Below are positions 17,113 through 27,221 of a stretch of DNA of 64,000 bases, one piece after another. Below the pieces are notes generated by a model. That model saw only the letters and a list, made by a program, of their open reading frames with translations. It was not told where the DNA came from and searched no databases. The DNA lies in the IMG/VR virus record IMGVR_UViG_3300002220_000769, positions 1,859 to 65,858 of that record; one strand, given 5' to 3'. Source of the DNA: a virus (taxonomy: Duplodnaviria > Caudoviricetes). The translations under genes were made by a program, and so were the position numbers. Numbering within the stretch: the stretch's first letter is position 1; each line of letters opens with the position of its first letter.

Positions 17113-17460
17113 ATGAAACTTAATATCGACTTCGACTTTGATCTTGGTTCTGCAAAAGAACAACTTGAAGGACAATTGAAAAAGAAAGCATTTGAAACTG
17201 CGAAAAATGCTGCACGAAATTTGTTTGCAAACCATCATGAACGAAATCAACCATGGATGGTGAAAGATGCCGATACAGGGATTTTGTATGATGATTTTAT
17301 GGGCATGCTCACTGATGCCGCGTTCAATGAGAAATGGAAAACCTACGCCCAAGATTACATCCAACAAAATTTCCAAAAATATCTTGACAATGCACTTGAA
17401 GTTGCTATGGAACATCAAGCAAGGAAGATCGCATTTAATTCTAAAATTGAAAAAATCTAA
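17113..17460 (+). CDS. hypothetical protein
   Basis: follows 17100 stop. Confidence 0.65.
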   Translation: MKLNIDFDFDLGSAKEQLEGQLKKKAFETAKNAARNLFANHHERNQPWMVKDADTGILYDDFMGMLTDAAFNEKWKTYAQDYIQQNFQKYLDNALEVAMEHQARKIAFNSKIEKI

Positions 17461-17531
17461 AAAAGTAGTTTACAGACAAGAACGATTGAGTTAAGATTTC
17501 TTCACCTTCACCGAACAAAGGAATTTGCAAA

Positions 17532-18329
17532 ATGTCTGCTCAAGCCACTGCTCGCGAAAAGATTCTTCAAAAAATCCTTAAACTTCGCGCACGTGCTGAA
17601 GACGATGCTTCTTCTGAAACTGAAATGAATGTTGCTTTCTCCATGGCAGCAAAACTCATGGATGCGTATGGAGTCGAAGAAGCAGAACTTGCTCTCGCAG
17701 AATCCGAAGGTCGAATTACTTTGGATGTGATCAATAAAGTCATTGATACCAGTGCGCTCAAAGGAAAACAGCGTCATAAGGTGATTTTGACTCTTACCAG
17801 TGTGGCAGAATTCACTTCCACGAAGGTTGTATATTCTCCACAAACTGGTGATATCACTTTCACTGGACATCGCCCTGATGTCGAACTTGCGAATTATTTG
17901 GTCGCAATCATTCGCGAAGCGATGGACCGTGAATATGAATCTTATCGCAAAGCAAACATTGCGGTCGGGTATGGTGCCAAATCTTCTTTCCAGATTTCTA
18001 TGGCAAACCGTATTTCCAATCGTCTTTTCACGATGGCGATGGAAGCAAAACAACAGCGTGAGGAAAACAAAAAGCAGGCAGAAGAAGTAAAACAAATTGA
18101 GCATGCTGGTGTTTCCAATCGCACGGCATTGGTAGTTTGCGCGATTGCAGAACAAAAACGCAAAGAAGTTGATGCGATGTTTGCTAAAACTCATACCTCC
18201 CTGCGCAAATCTACTGGATTCAGTTATGGTCGAAACACAAGTGCGCATAGTGCTGGAGATGCGGCAGGAAAACGCATTCACCTCGGTCATTCTTTGTCTA
18301 ACTCAAACAAATCTGCACTTTCTGCTTAA
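17532..18329 (+). CDS. DUF2786-domain protein
   Basis: KILQKILKLRARAE..SETE...A...AAKLMDAYG; terminator 18345-18368. Confidence 0.75.
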   Translation: MSAQATAREKILQKILKLRARAEDDASSETEMNVAFSMAAKLMDAYGVEEAELALAESEGRITLDVINKVIDTSALKGKQRHKVILTLTSVAEFTSTKVVYSPQTGDITFTGHRPDVELANYLVAIIREAMDREYESYRKANIAVGYGAKSSFQISMANRISNRLFTMAMEAKQQREENKKQAEEVKQIEHAGVSNRTALVVCAIAEQKRKEVDAMFAKTHTSLRKSTGFSYGRNTSAHSAGDAAGKRIHLGHSLSNSNKSALSA

Positions 18330-18429
18330 CTAATCTAAAAGAAGCCAAGGGGGAAACCCCTTGGTTTTGTCGTTGACAAGTCAAAAAAGTTTTGATACTG
18401 TTCGATTTCGTCTATTGACTACTGAAATC

Positions 18430-18885
18430 ATGCTCAAAGAACTGAATCTTGAAAATTGGAACAAACCCGCATGGTGCGTTCCTTCTGCAATTTCCATGAT
18501 TACTGGCATTTCTGTTGCTAAAATGCATGAACTTGCTGCTAAAATGCAAGGGAAAGAAACAGAAAAAGTCAAGGGTGTATTCATGGAAGAAGCAGTTTTG
18601 TTGCTTCGTAATCAGGGATACAAAGCAATTCCCATCAAATTGTCTGACCGTTATCAAACTGCTCCTACAATTGAAACTTTTCTCGAAAAAAGAACTCCGT
18701 ATGAATTTTGCATGCCCATTATGTTCGCAACTGTTAATCACATGATGTGCGCGCATTTTGGGTTTGCTGGTGATAATTGGACAAAAAAGCCAGTTCCAAT
18801 TAATCAATTCCCTTCAACAAAACGCCGAGTAGTAGCAGCATGGGTTATCACCGAAGACAGGACAACAAAGAATGAAACCTCTTAA
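18430..18885 (+). CDS. hypothetical protein (possible cysteine-peptidase-like fold)
   Basis: WCVPSAISMITG..HMMC. Confidence 0.55.
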   Translation: MLKELNLENWNKPAWCVPSAISMITGISVAKMHELAAKMQGKETEKVKGVFMEEAVLLLRNQGYKAIPIKLSDRYQTAPTIETFLEKRTPYEFCMPIMFATVNHMMCAHFGFAGDNWTKKPVPINQFPSTKRRVVAAWVITEDRTTKNETS

Positions 18886-19999
18886 GATAGTAGATGAATT
18901 GGGAATCCAAGGATGTTTTATTGCCGGTGGAGCAATTCTTTCCGTAGCAACTAAAACCGAAATTAATGATTATGACATCTACCCAAAATCAGATCTTGCA
19001 TTTGAGTCGCTTGTGATGTCATTGATAGAGGATCAAGTATGCTTTGTTATGAATTTATCTGACAAAGCACTCACTCTAAAATGCAACAACATTAAAAATG
19101 CAAAAGGCGAAAGAGCGATCATCCAGATTATGTTTTCGCCCGATTTTTTCCCTACCACCGAATCAATTTTTGAAAAATTTGATTTTACGGTCTGTATGGC
19201 AGCGTTTGATTGTGATGCAAAAGAATATATCTTCCACAAAGATTTCTATCCAGACGTTGCCAGCAAGACCTTGCGGTTTAATACTGGAACTTTGTATCCA
19301 CTCAACAGTTTGATCAGGACCACCAAATACAAAGAAAAAGGATACTATATTGCAAAACCTGAGTTGCTAAAGATAGCGTTTGCAATTGTTCAGAAAGGTA
19401 TGCCAACTTCATGGGAAGAATTAGAATCTCAAATTGGCGGATCGTATGGAAAACAGATTTCTGTTTCCAGTGATGGGATTGAATTTAATTATGAAAATGT
19501 GATCCAAGTCCTGTCAGAAATGGACTGCTCAGAGTTTGTATTAAAAGACGAATCAGAAGACTGGTCCAGAATTGACCCGGATCTGATAGCATCGGCTTGT
19601 TTGAAAAGAACAATTCCCGTTCTTAAGATGGAAAATGATACGTATGCTCTGATCGGGGACGATGGATATATACGCGATTCTAACTTCGGTTCGGAAATGA
19701 AAATTATTGCAAAATATACTACCCCGATTGATCCAGAATCTTATGTTCGCGCAGTTGTTATTGCAAGGATTACTCCTCAAAGCCACTACAAAATCTATGA
19801 TAAAATCTTGGAGACTGTATCAAGTGGCGCAATTATTGAATCCGATTCCGACACCACATCACGCGTAATGTTGAATTCAAGTGTGTATCACACTACCCCA
19901 TCCACAAAAATTTTGGCAAGAATTAAAGCAAAAGACATTGTCAAAATTGATTATTTTGGAATCCAAGCAAAAAGATGTGAGTTGCTAAATAAATTATGA
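18872..19999 (+). CDS. nucleotidyltransferase-superfamily protein
   Basis: FIAGGA..INDYDIY; FDFTVCMAAFD. Confidence 0.7.
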   Translation: MKPLKIVDELGIQGCFIAGGAILSVATKTEINDYDIYPKSDLAFESLVMSLIEDQVCFVMNLSDKALTLKCNNIKNAKGERAIIQIMFSPDFFPTTESIFEKFDFTVCMAAFDCDAKEYIFHKDFYPDVASKTLRFNTGTLYPLNSLIRTTKYKEKGYYIAKPELLKIAFAIVQKGMPTSWEELESQIGGSYGKQISVSSDGIEFNYENVIQVLSEMDCSEFVLKDESEDWSRIDPDLIASACLKRTIPVLKMENDTYALIGDDGYIRDSNFGSEMKIIAKYTTPIDPESYVRAVVIARITPQSHYKIYDKILETVSSGAIIESDSDTTSRVMLNSSVYHTTPSTKILARIKAKDIVKIDYFGIQAKRCELLNKL

Positions 20000-20026
20000 C
20001 TTTCTGTATAAAACTATAAACAGAAT

Positions 20027-20440
20027 ATGAAAATAAACGAAATCATTCTTTCTGAAATAGAACTGGTTGGAGGCATTGAATTTCCAAAAGATCAAGCGCA
20101 ACAACGACTATCAATTTCTTCGCCGTATGGAAAATTCAACGATGAATTGTATGTATTTTTTCTCGCCAGTGGAGACATAAGAATAATTACATTGGCAGAC
20201 AGCGACGAACAAGTAGCAGCATTGGCAACATTCATTAGCAAAAACAACGATTCTATTTGGCAAGCAAAAAATATCGCAACATATCATCCTCACAAAAATC
20301 AAAAATTGGCAGCGAATCTATATAAGTATGTCAAATCCCAATTCCGAAAATCATTGCAAAGTGATTATGAACAGACTGTGGCGGGCGCAAAACTATGGAC
20401 AAAAGACTTACCATCGGTTGGATTATTCCCAATGATTTAT
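20027..20440 (+). pseudogene. 5' part of a GNAT-like gene interrupted by the IS
   Basis: MKINEIILSE leader; AANLY..LQSDYEQTVAGAKLW; frame continues at 21755. Confidence 0.75.
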
Positions 20441-21754
20441 CTGACTGACGCGTAAAGCACAGTGTTCTTTAGACGCTGTGATATAAGCGGCATTCCAAAA
20501 AAATGTAGATAAATAACTACATGAAACATAAAGCATTTAAATTCCTTCTCTTACCAAATACCCAACAAGAACAGCAATTGATTCAACTTGCTGGTATTTC
20601 TCGTTGGATATGGAATTATATGCTACAAAAGAACAAAGAGCAATACGAAGCAGAAAAAAAGTTTGTTTTTAAGTTCGCAATGAACAACTTGCTTCCTGAA
20701 CTGAAAAAAGAACACCCTTGGTTAAGTCAAATGCCAAGCCAAGCATTACAACAAAAATGCTCTGATTTGGATGCAGCAATACAACGGGTTTACAAACAAG
20801 GATTTGGTTTTCCTAAATTTAAATCGAAGCACGTAGAGCACCACAACACTTTCCGTATCCCCAATCAAAGCAAGTGCATTCGCCCGACAAAAGACAGGGT
20901 TAAATTGCCAAAATTGGGTTGGGTTAAGTGGGTTAAACATAGAAATATAGAAGGGTTGTTGAAATCAGTAACTATTAAAAAAGAAAACAATCGGTGGTGG
21001 TGCGTGTGTCTTTGCGAAATTGAGGAAGTTTCCCCTTCTACTGCATTGATTGACTCCGATATTATCGGTTTGGATTTGGGTATAAAAGATTTTGCTGTTT
21101 GTAGTGATGGTGAAGTTATACCAAGCAACCATTTCTACAGAAAATCAGAACGTAAATTAAAAAGAACACAAAAACAACTGAGTAAAAAGCAAAAAGGAAG
21201 TAACAACTACAACAAAAAGAAGAAAGAATTAAATGCGCAGCACTACCGAGTAAAATGCCAGCGACAAAACTTCACTCATCAAGCAAGTAGTTCGATAGCC
21301 AAGAACTACAAACTGGTTTGTATTGAAGACTTAAATGTCGCTGGTATGAAGCGAAATAGGTCACTTGCAAAATCTATAAGTGATCAAGGATGGCGTCAAT
21401 TCGTTAACCAATTAGAATACAAGATGGATTGGGTGGTTAAAATTGGTCGTTTTGCTCCGAGTTCAAAGACGTGTAGTTGCTGTGGAAATATACAAGATAT
21501 GCCTCTTGAAGAAAGAACGTATTCATGTAGTAATTGCGGGTTAGAAATGAATCGTGATTTAAACGCAGCAATGAATGTTCGCAATTGGGGCATAGAAAAA
21601 ATAATAGGGCAAGGAAGTGTCCAAATATACGCCTGTGGAGATACCTCTGACGGGGATTCTGAGCAATCAGAGTCTAGTTATGTATCGTTGAATCAGGAAA
21701 ATATCCCCTCACTGGAGGGGAAGCGCAGTGTTCTTTAGACGCTGCGTTCTTCAC
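20441..21754 (+). mobile_element. TnpB-only IS200/IS605 (IS1341-type) element, 1314 bp
   Basis: TTTAT target 5' of left end; CACAG..CTGTG left hairpin; GAAG-CGCAG..CTGCG-TTCTTCAC right end; no target duplication. Confidence 0.9.
20521..21738 (+). CDS. tnpB: TnpB RNA-guided endonuclease
   Basis: HTH N-terminus; GLDLGIK, IEDLNV, CSCCG/CSNCG, RDLNAAMN. Confidence 0.95.
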   Translation: MKHKAFKFLLLPNTQQEQQLIQLAGISRWIWNYMLQKNKEQYEAEKKFVFKFAMNNLLPELKKEHPWLSQMPSQALQQKCSDLDAAIQRVYKQGFGFPKFKSKHVEHHNTFRIPNQSKCIRPTKDRVKLPKLGWVKWVKHRNIEGLLKSVTIKKENNRWWCVCLCEIEEVSPSTALIDSDIIGLDLGIKDFAVCSDGEVIPSNHFYRKSERKLKRTQKQLSKKQKGSNNYNKKKKELNAQHYRVKCQRQNFTHQASSSIAKNYKLVCIEDLNVAGMKRNRSLAKSISDQGWRQFVNQLEYKMDWVVKIGRFAPSSKTCSCCGNIQDMPLEERTYSCSNCGLEMNRDLNAAMNVRNWGIEKIIGQGSVQIYACGDTSDGDSEQSESSYVSLNQENIPSLEGKRSVL

Positions 21755-21934
21755 GACCACGAAACAGATAGGATCATTGATCCGGAAAAACAAAAAATCA
21801 ATATGTATCCGGCAATGGATTCAGACTCTATTCATCGGTATTCATGGATAATTGAGAGAAACGATTTCTATTCTGCGCAAAACTTGGTTGAAAATCCATT
21901 ACTATTGCCATTGACTTCAAAATGGAAAAAATAA
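21755..21934 (+). pseudogene. 3' part of the interrupted GNAT-like gene
   Basis: DHETDRIIDP... in frame with ...FPMIY once the IS is removed. Confidence 0.75.
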
Positions 21935-21956
21935 AGCCAGCACGTGCTGGCTTTAT
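21931..21956. terminator. bidirectional terminator
   Basis: perfect palindrome ATAAAGCCAGCACGTGCTGGCTTTAT. Confidence 0.8.
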
Positions 21957-22004
21957 CTGACTGACGCGTAAAACACAGTGTTCTTTAGACGCTGCGTTCT
22001 TCAC
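21957..22004 (+). mobile_element. 48-bp miniature IS200/IS605 derivative
   Basis: TTTAT|CTGACTGACGCGTAAAACACAGTGTTCTTTAGACGCTGCGTTCTTCAC. Confidence 0.88.
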
Positions 22005-22005
22005 T

Positions 22006-22893
22006 TCATCGATGCAAATAATCTTTCCACTTCTGTTTTAAATAATCTGTGTATTCTTTTGCAGTTGATATTTTTAATTTCTTGAAAATGTCAAGCAATT
22101 TTGCCAATGGTGGAGTTATATTCGCTTTCATGTTGTGGATATCTACTTCTAAACTTTTTGGAGTATCACTATATGTGAAAACTTTATACAAAATATCTCT
22201 TGCTTTCTTTGACAACTGATCGTATTCTTTTTTGTGATACAATTCCCGCCATTCTTTAAACCAATCGGTCTGCCGCCATCTTTCTGCGGGAACTTCTCCG
22301 GATAATTTTGGTTTTAGTTCTGAAATTGGAATAGTTTTGCGGGTATCCTGCACTGACCAAGAATTTTTGTCGGTATACACATAGACTGGAATGCCGTATT
22401 TCTTACATTCAATTAGAATTCCCCGCATTTGTCCAGAAACTCTCTCAAAGTCTTTTCCAGTATCAACCAAAAGATGGACAGATTGAATCACATCGGTTGG
22501 ATTTCCCGGAAATTTAATTATTGATTTTTCGGAAAATATCCTGTCTTCTTGTTCCGAAGTTCTTCCACCAATTGTTTTATTTTCTTCAGAAGACCACCAC
22601 ATCCTTTCCCAATAGTCAACTGGTTTTCCTTTGTGTCTTTGATTGAACCAATCGCCATTTAGATTAAGCATTGCACCGAATTTGTATACATTTTGGATTG
22701 CATAGTCTGCACTCGGGGAGCGACTGGTCGACAAATAGAATAAACGACTTTTATCCAATTGTTCCTGAGATGTTCCAGCAGAAGTAGTCAAATTGAATTG
22801 TTTTTGTTTTAAAATCTTGAACGCATTTCTGATACTGGTGAAATGATATATTTTGCTTGACACTGCTTCTGATAAAAACTCATTTATTTTCAT
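22006..22893 (-). CDS. ART-fold-like protein with capsid-targeting-like leader
   Basis: MKINEFLSEA; IYHFTS..ILK; FYLSTSRS; EQEDRI. Confidence 0.55.
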   Translation of the reverse strand: MKINEFLSEAVSSKIYHFTSIRNAFKILKQKQFNLTTSAGTSQEQLDKSRLFYLSTSRSPSADYAIQNVYKFGAMLNLNGDWFNQRHKGKPVDYWERMWWSSEENKTIGGRTSEQEDRIFSEKSIIKFPGNPTDVIQSVHLLVDTGKDFERVSGQMRGILIECKKYGIPVYVYTDKNSWSVQDTRKTIPISELKPKLSGEVPAERWRQTDWFKEWRELYHKKEYDQLSKKARDILYKVFTYSDTPKSLEVDIHNMKANITPPLAKLLDIFKKLKISTAKEYTDYLKQKWKDYLHR

Positions 22894-23477
22894 TTTTCAT
22901 TCTCGTATTTTTGTATTTCACGTCTGGATGGAAATGCACTGTCTAGATTACTCCCAACAATTCTTTTTTTCTTATCTTTCACGACTACTGTTTTTGGGTG
23001 ATTAAAAAGAATCTTGAATACAGATTCTAAATGATCTAATTCCGAACTCGGTGCAAACACATATATTTTTTTAATATACGTTGACACCTTCTCCAAATTT
23101 CCCACGAATGCTTCTTCTGATTCTGAAGTATGCAATCTTGATTTATACTTCAGATCATTGTATGGTTGCAATCTTTTTCCATGATCACGATATAATTTTT
23201 CTTGATCAAGAACAAATACCACTCCGTGCACGTAATTGTCATCTGCATTTGATTTTATCTCTGCAAATCTAGCCGCAACCCCCAAAGATCTGGATAAAGA
23301 TACAATATATTGCCAGTCAGTGTCGGTCTGTCCCTTCAGTGTTATACTCTTTCCCATATCAATTGGTCGAGTCGCATGTATGACATTAGATAATAATATA
23401 TCCTCTGCTTTTTTAAAACTTGTTCCGTGATATAACTCCGCAGAACGAGATTCAGTTAGTATTTCATTTATTTTCAT
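22890..23477 (-). CDS. ART-fold-like protein with capsid-targeting-like leader
   Basis: MKINEILTES; LYHGTS; VSLSRS; ESEE (H-S-E pattern). Confidence 0.6.
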   Translation of the reverse strand: MKINEILTESRSAELYHGTSFKKAEDILLSNVIHATRPIDMGKSITLKGQTDTDWQYIVSLSRSLGVAARFAEIKSNADDNYVHGVVFVLDQEKLYRDHGKRLQPYNDLKYKSRLHTSESEEAFVGNLEKVSTYIKKIYVFAPSSELDHLESVFKILFNHPKTVVVKDKKKRIVGSNLDSAFPSRREIQKYENEK

Positions 23478-23541
23478 ATTAAGATTATGCGTGATTTACT
23501 GTATTTATCGGAATCGATCTGGCATTTCAAATCAGAGTTCC

Positions 23542-23588
23542 GTGAAGAACGCAGCGTCTAAAGAACACTGTGTTTTACTCGGCAATGG
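23542..23588 (-). mobile_element. 47-bp miniature IS200/IS605 derivative
   Basis: GTGAAGAACGCAGCGTCTAAAGAACACTGTGTTTTACTCGGCAATGG|ATAAT. Confidence 0.8.
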
Positions 23589-23738
23589 ATAATAATGTTC
23601 ATCAACTGATGGATTTGGGTATTTCTATTGTCGGCATTGCACAATTGTGATTAAAACCAATTGTTTCTGAAACGTGCGAGTTGACATCGTCCGCCGCTGA
23701 ATGGTAGAATCAACCACCTCACAATTATTGCGAAAATA

Positions 23739-24110
23739 ATGAACAACATAACAGAACCCGAGCGTTCAAAAATTCTCATAGCAGCAACTCTACAAAATAG
23801 TTTGCACAATGGTCTGTTAATCCATGAGTTCTCTGAAAAATTCAGTTTTCATGACGCTATCGAGTTTTGCTCGAACTTTCGCTATTATGGTATTTCTGGA
23901 TGGAGAATTCCTTCTGCAAGAGAATTGATTGATTTGAAATGCGGAAGATCATCCAGAATCGAAGAATACCTTGATGCGGCAACTGAATATTGGTCTTATA
24001 GTCCAAAATCATGGAACAAACTTCCGCATAGTATGAATGAATTGTTTATAAACGAATGCTACCGGGATAGAAATAAACTGCTTATTGTGGTCAATGACAT
24101 TTTGAAATGA
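23739..24110 (+). CDS. DUF1566/Lcl-like domain protein
   Basis: FHDAIEFC..GWRIPSAREL..YWS. Confidence 0.6.
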   Translation: MNNITEPERSKILIAATLQNSLHNGLLIHEFSEKFSFHDAIEFCSNFRYYGISGWRIPSARELIDLKCGRSSRIEEYLDAATEYWSYSPKSWNKLPHSMNELFINECYRDRNKLLIVVNDILK

Positions 24111-24222
24111 AAATTCAATCTAGTTTCTATGCATTTGACAAAAACATTTGGTTCTACCATTACTGTTGGGGTAATCTTCGTTGCGGGATAATTTCATCCA
24201 CATTTTAAGATATCGCATTTAT

Positions 24223-24270
24223 ACAATTGCCGCGTAAAGCACAGTGTTCTTTTGGCGATATTATCCTCAC
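24223..24270 (+). mobile_element. 48-bp diverged miniature IS derivative
   Basis: TTTAT|ACAATTGCCGCGTAAAGCACAGTGTTC...CTCAC. Confidence 0.7.
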
Positions 24271-24395
24271 GCAAAATTAACTGCATTGTGAAGATGATAC
24301 TACATTGGTCGAACCAGATGGAACAAAAAAGTATTGGGTTAATGGAAAAGAATTAACCCAACTTGAAGTTTGGACATTATTCGAGGTCAAATGCA

Positions 24396-24992
24396 ATGAC
24401 TGATAAAACTGAAATAAAAACCGATGCAGACGGAACAAAAGAATGGTATCAAAACGACCAATTACACCGCACAGACGGACCAGCAATTGAATACTACCAT
24501 GGAACAAAAGAATGGTATCAAAACGACCAATTACACCGAACAGACGGACCAGCAATTGAAGGAGCAGATGGATCAAAACATTGGTATCAAAATGACAAAT
24601 TACACCGAACAGACGGACCAGCAATTGAAGGAGCAGGGGGATCAAAACATTGGTATCAAAACGGAAAACGTCACAGAACAGACGGACCAGCAATTGAAGG
24701 AGCAGATGGATCAAAATATTGGTATCAAAACGGAAAACGTCACAGAACAGACGGACCAGCAATTGAAGGAGCAGGGGGATCAAAACATTGGTATCAAAAC
24801 GGATTCAGACATCGCACAGATGGACCAGCAGTTGAATATCTAGACGGCACACAAGTATGGTATCAAAATGACCAATTACACAGAACAGACGGTCCAGCAG
24901 TTGAAGAATCAGATGGAACAAAAGAATATTGGATAAATGGCAATCAACTATCTGATGTCGAAAAGTTCATATTGTTTAAACAAAAACTATGA
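24396..24992 (+). CDS. 23-aa repeat protein (MORN-variant/YwqK-like), 7 repeats
   Basis: WYQNxxxHRTDGPAIE repeated with 69-bp period. Confidence 0.85.
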   Translation: MTDKTEIKTDADGTKEWYQNDQLHRTDGPAIEYYHGTKEWYQNDQLHRTDGPAIEGADGSKHWYQNDKLHRTDGPAIEGAGGSKHWYQNGKRHRTDGPAIEGADGSKYWYQNGKRHRTDGPAIEGAGGSKHWYQNGFRHRTDGPAVEYLDGTQVWYQNDQLHRTDGPAVEESDGTKEYWINGNQLSDVEKFILFKQKL

Positions 24993-25258
24993 AAAAATCA
25001 ATCAAGAAAGGATTGGAACAAGTTACCCTTGCATCAGGAACATTTGTTAGCCAATTAAATGGGAAATTTCATAATCCAGATGGACCAGCAATAATATACC
25101 CAAGTGGGACCAAGACATGGTTTCTATTCGGAAAAAAACACCGAACCGATGGACCAGCAGTTGAGCGTGCAGATGGTTCCAAAGAATATTGGATCAATGG
25201 AAAACAATTGACAGAAATGGAAGCATTTGTTTTGTTTAAGGCTAAATGCAATGACTGA
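24989..25258 (+). CDS. repeat paralog, 2 repeats
   Basis: HNPDGPA, HRTDGPA, YWING. Confidence 0.8.
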   Translation: MKKSIKKGLEQVTLASGTFVSQLNGKFHNPDGPAIIYPSGTKTWFLFGKKHRTDGPAVERADGSKEYWINGKQLTEMEAFVLFKAKCND

Positions 25259-25508
25259 CAAAATTGAAATTAAAACCGAACCAGACGGATCAAAACATTG
25301 GTATCAAAATGGCGAACGACACCGAACAGACGGACCAGCAATTGAATATCCGAATGGATTAAAAGAATATTGGGTTAATGGAAAACGACACCGAACTGAC
25401 GGACCAGCAATTGAATATCCGAATGGATTAAAAGAATATTGGATAAATGGAAAAGAACTAACCCAATTTGAAGCATTTGTATTGTTTAAGATCAAATACA
25501 ATGACTGA
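25251..25508 (+). CDS. repeat paralog, 2 repeats
   Basis: MTDKIEIK start overlapping previous stop. Confidence 0.8.
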   Translation: MTDKIEIKTEPDGSKHWYQNGERHRTDGPAIEYPNGLKEYWVNGKRHRTDGPAIEYPNGLKEYWINGKELTQFEAFVLFKIKYND

Positions 25509-25899
25509 TAAAACTGAAATTAAAATTAATTCTGCTGGAACAAAACGATGGTATCAAAATGACCAATTGCACAGAACAGATGGGCCAGCAGTTGAATACT
25601 CAGATGGAACAAAACATTGGTATCAAAACGGAAAACGGCACAGAACTGACGGACCAGCAATCCAATGGGCAGATGGAACAAAACATTGGTATCAAAACGG
25701 AAAACGGCACAGAACTGACGGACCATCAATTGAACGGGCAGATGGATTAAAAGAATATTGGTATCAAAACGACCAATTACACCGAACAGACGGACCAGCA
25801 ATTGAATGTCCGGATGGATCAAAAGAATATTGGATTAATGGAAAAGAACTAACCCAATTTGAAGCATTTGTATTGTTTAAGATCAAATTGGCGTGCTGA
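25501..25899 (+). CDS. repeat paralog, 4 repeats
   Basis: MTDKTEIK start overlapping previous stop. Confidence 0.8.
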   Translation: MTDKTEIKINSAGTKRWYQNDQLHRTDGPAVEYSDGTKHWYQNGKRHRTDGPAIQWADGTKHWYQNGKRHRTDGPSIERADGLKEYWYQNDQLHRTDGPAIECPDGSKEYWINGKELTQFEAFVLFKIKLAC

Positions 25900-26201
25900 A
25901 TTCATCATACTACTATATGTAGTATGTTTTTAACAATATACTACACTGTGTAGTAGTAAGAAACGGTTATGTGCGGGAAAAAAGTTAAAAGTCAGAATTT
26001 TTGTGTATATTTTAAACTGTATATGCACTGTGAGAGATTATGAAATAATATTCTCCACTTTAGACTAAGATAAGAGAAGTTATAGTCACTTTCTCCCCAC
26101 TTTTCTGTTACATTTCGGCATAAAATTGTTACAATTTCCCACTATTGTTCTGGCACGATTTGGGGTATAGTTCAGAAAATTTCAAAACGATTGAGGCGAT
26201 T

Positions 26202-26606
26202 ATGATGAAAACGATTATCGACATTGTTCAGAACAATGACATGACTTCTGAAGAATTTACCGAAAAATTGAAGTATTACTCAAAACATTTGGATACTATT
26301 GCAATTATTACGGCACTGGCTGGGTCATTGCTGGCATCGTTTAAAATGAACGATAACCCAATTGTGAAGGGAATTATTCTGGCAGGATTGGACGAAATTC
26401 TGACAAACCAAATCAATAGCAATCAAAACAATAATAAACAAAATAACACTAAGGGAAAAGTGAAGGAACATTGTTCCGACGATTCAGACGATGAGGAATA
26501 TTGGGATTCTGATTCCAATACAAATAAACCGTTTAATTGTTCAGGATATGCACTGGAACGGTTGCCAATCAAAAAGTTTAAACTGCCAGTCAAACGTAGG
26601 GGTTGA
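26202..26606 (+). CDS. hypothetical protein
   Basis: GAGG RBS before ATG. Confidence 0.55.
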   Translation: MMKTIIDIVQNNDMTSEEFTEKLKYYSKHLDTIAIITALAGSLLASFKMNDNPIVKGIILAGLDEILTNQINSNQNNNKQNNTKGKVKEHCSDDSDDEEYWDSDSNTNKPFNCSGYALERLPIKKFKLPVKRRG

Positions 26607-26674
26607 CATTCCAGAACTATTCCACTACAGTTCCCACACTTTCCGACATTCTTCCTATTATAGGGAAAACAATC

Positions 26675-27130
26675 ATGAGCAAATTCAATATTGGTGACAA
26701 TGTAAAAGTTAATAACACACTTTATACTGGCATTGTTCAGAAAATCGTCATTGAACAAAACAAAGAGCGGTATTTGTTGGACGATAATTTCTATTACAAT
26801 CCCGACTACCTTGAATTGTGTGAGGATAATACCAAAACGTTGTCCATTGGCGATAAAGTCAATGTCATTGGCACGAAATATGTTGGAACTGTTGTAGACA
26901 ATGAAGGTGGAAAGTGTGTAGTGCACTTTGATAATATTGGAACAGATTTTAGTTATTCTGCCGATGTTCTTGAATTGTGTGATAATGACATTGAAAACAA
27001 CTCCAACACAATTCCCACCGTTGAATCAACCAATACCAAAATCACAGTGGGGAAAATGAAAGAACTTCTCGACAAAATGGACAATTCAATTGAATTGTCA
27101 TTTGATAATTTGAGCATTCATTTTGGTTAA
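26675..27130 (+). CDS. hypothetical protein with two SH3/KOW-like repeats
   Basis: IGDNVKV and IGDKVNV repeats, each ending LELC. Confidence 0.6.
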   Translation: MSKFNIGDNVKVNNTLYTGIVQKIVIEQNKERYLLDDNFYYNPDYLELCEDNTKTLSIGDKVNVIGTKYVGTVVDNEGGKCVVHFDNIGTDFSYSADVLELCDNDIENNSNTIPTVESTNTKITVGKMKELLDKMDNSIELSFDNLSIHFG

Positions 27131-27221
27131 TTCACTCTGACACTGTAAGAAAACACAGTGTTGACATTTCACAATCTTCTCTATACAGTATAGTCACAGT
27201 TCAACCAGTGGAGTAATAATC

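Noticed and set aside
20441-20520. IStron (self-splicing IS) explaining tolerance of the in-gene insertion
   Set aside because: Only 80 nt lie between the left end and tnpB, too short for a group I intron, and the element ends in C rather than G.
24396-25899. CRISPR array
   Set aside because: The 69-bp period is in-frame protein repeats without unique spacers; no cas genes. The same applies to the 66-bp repeats at 44150-45000.
27142-27172. Additional mini-IS copies at 27142 and 36181 (CTGTAAGAAAA.ACAGTGTTGACA)
   Set aside because: No TTTAT boundary and no TTCTTTAGACG core; the match is the upstream flank of a -35 TTGACA box.
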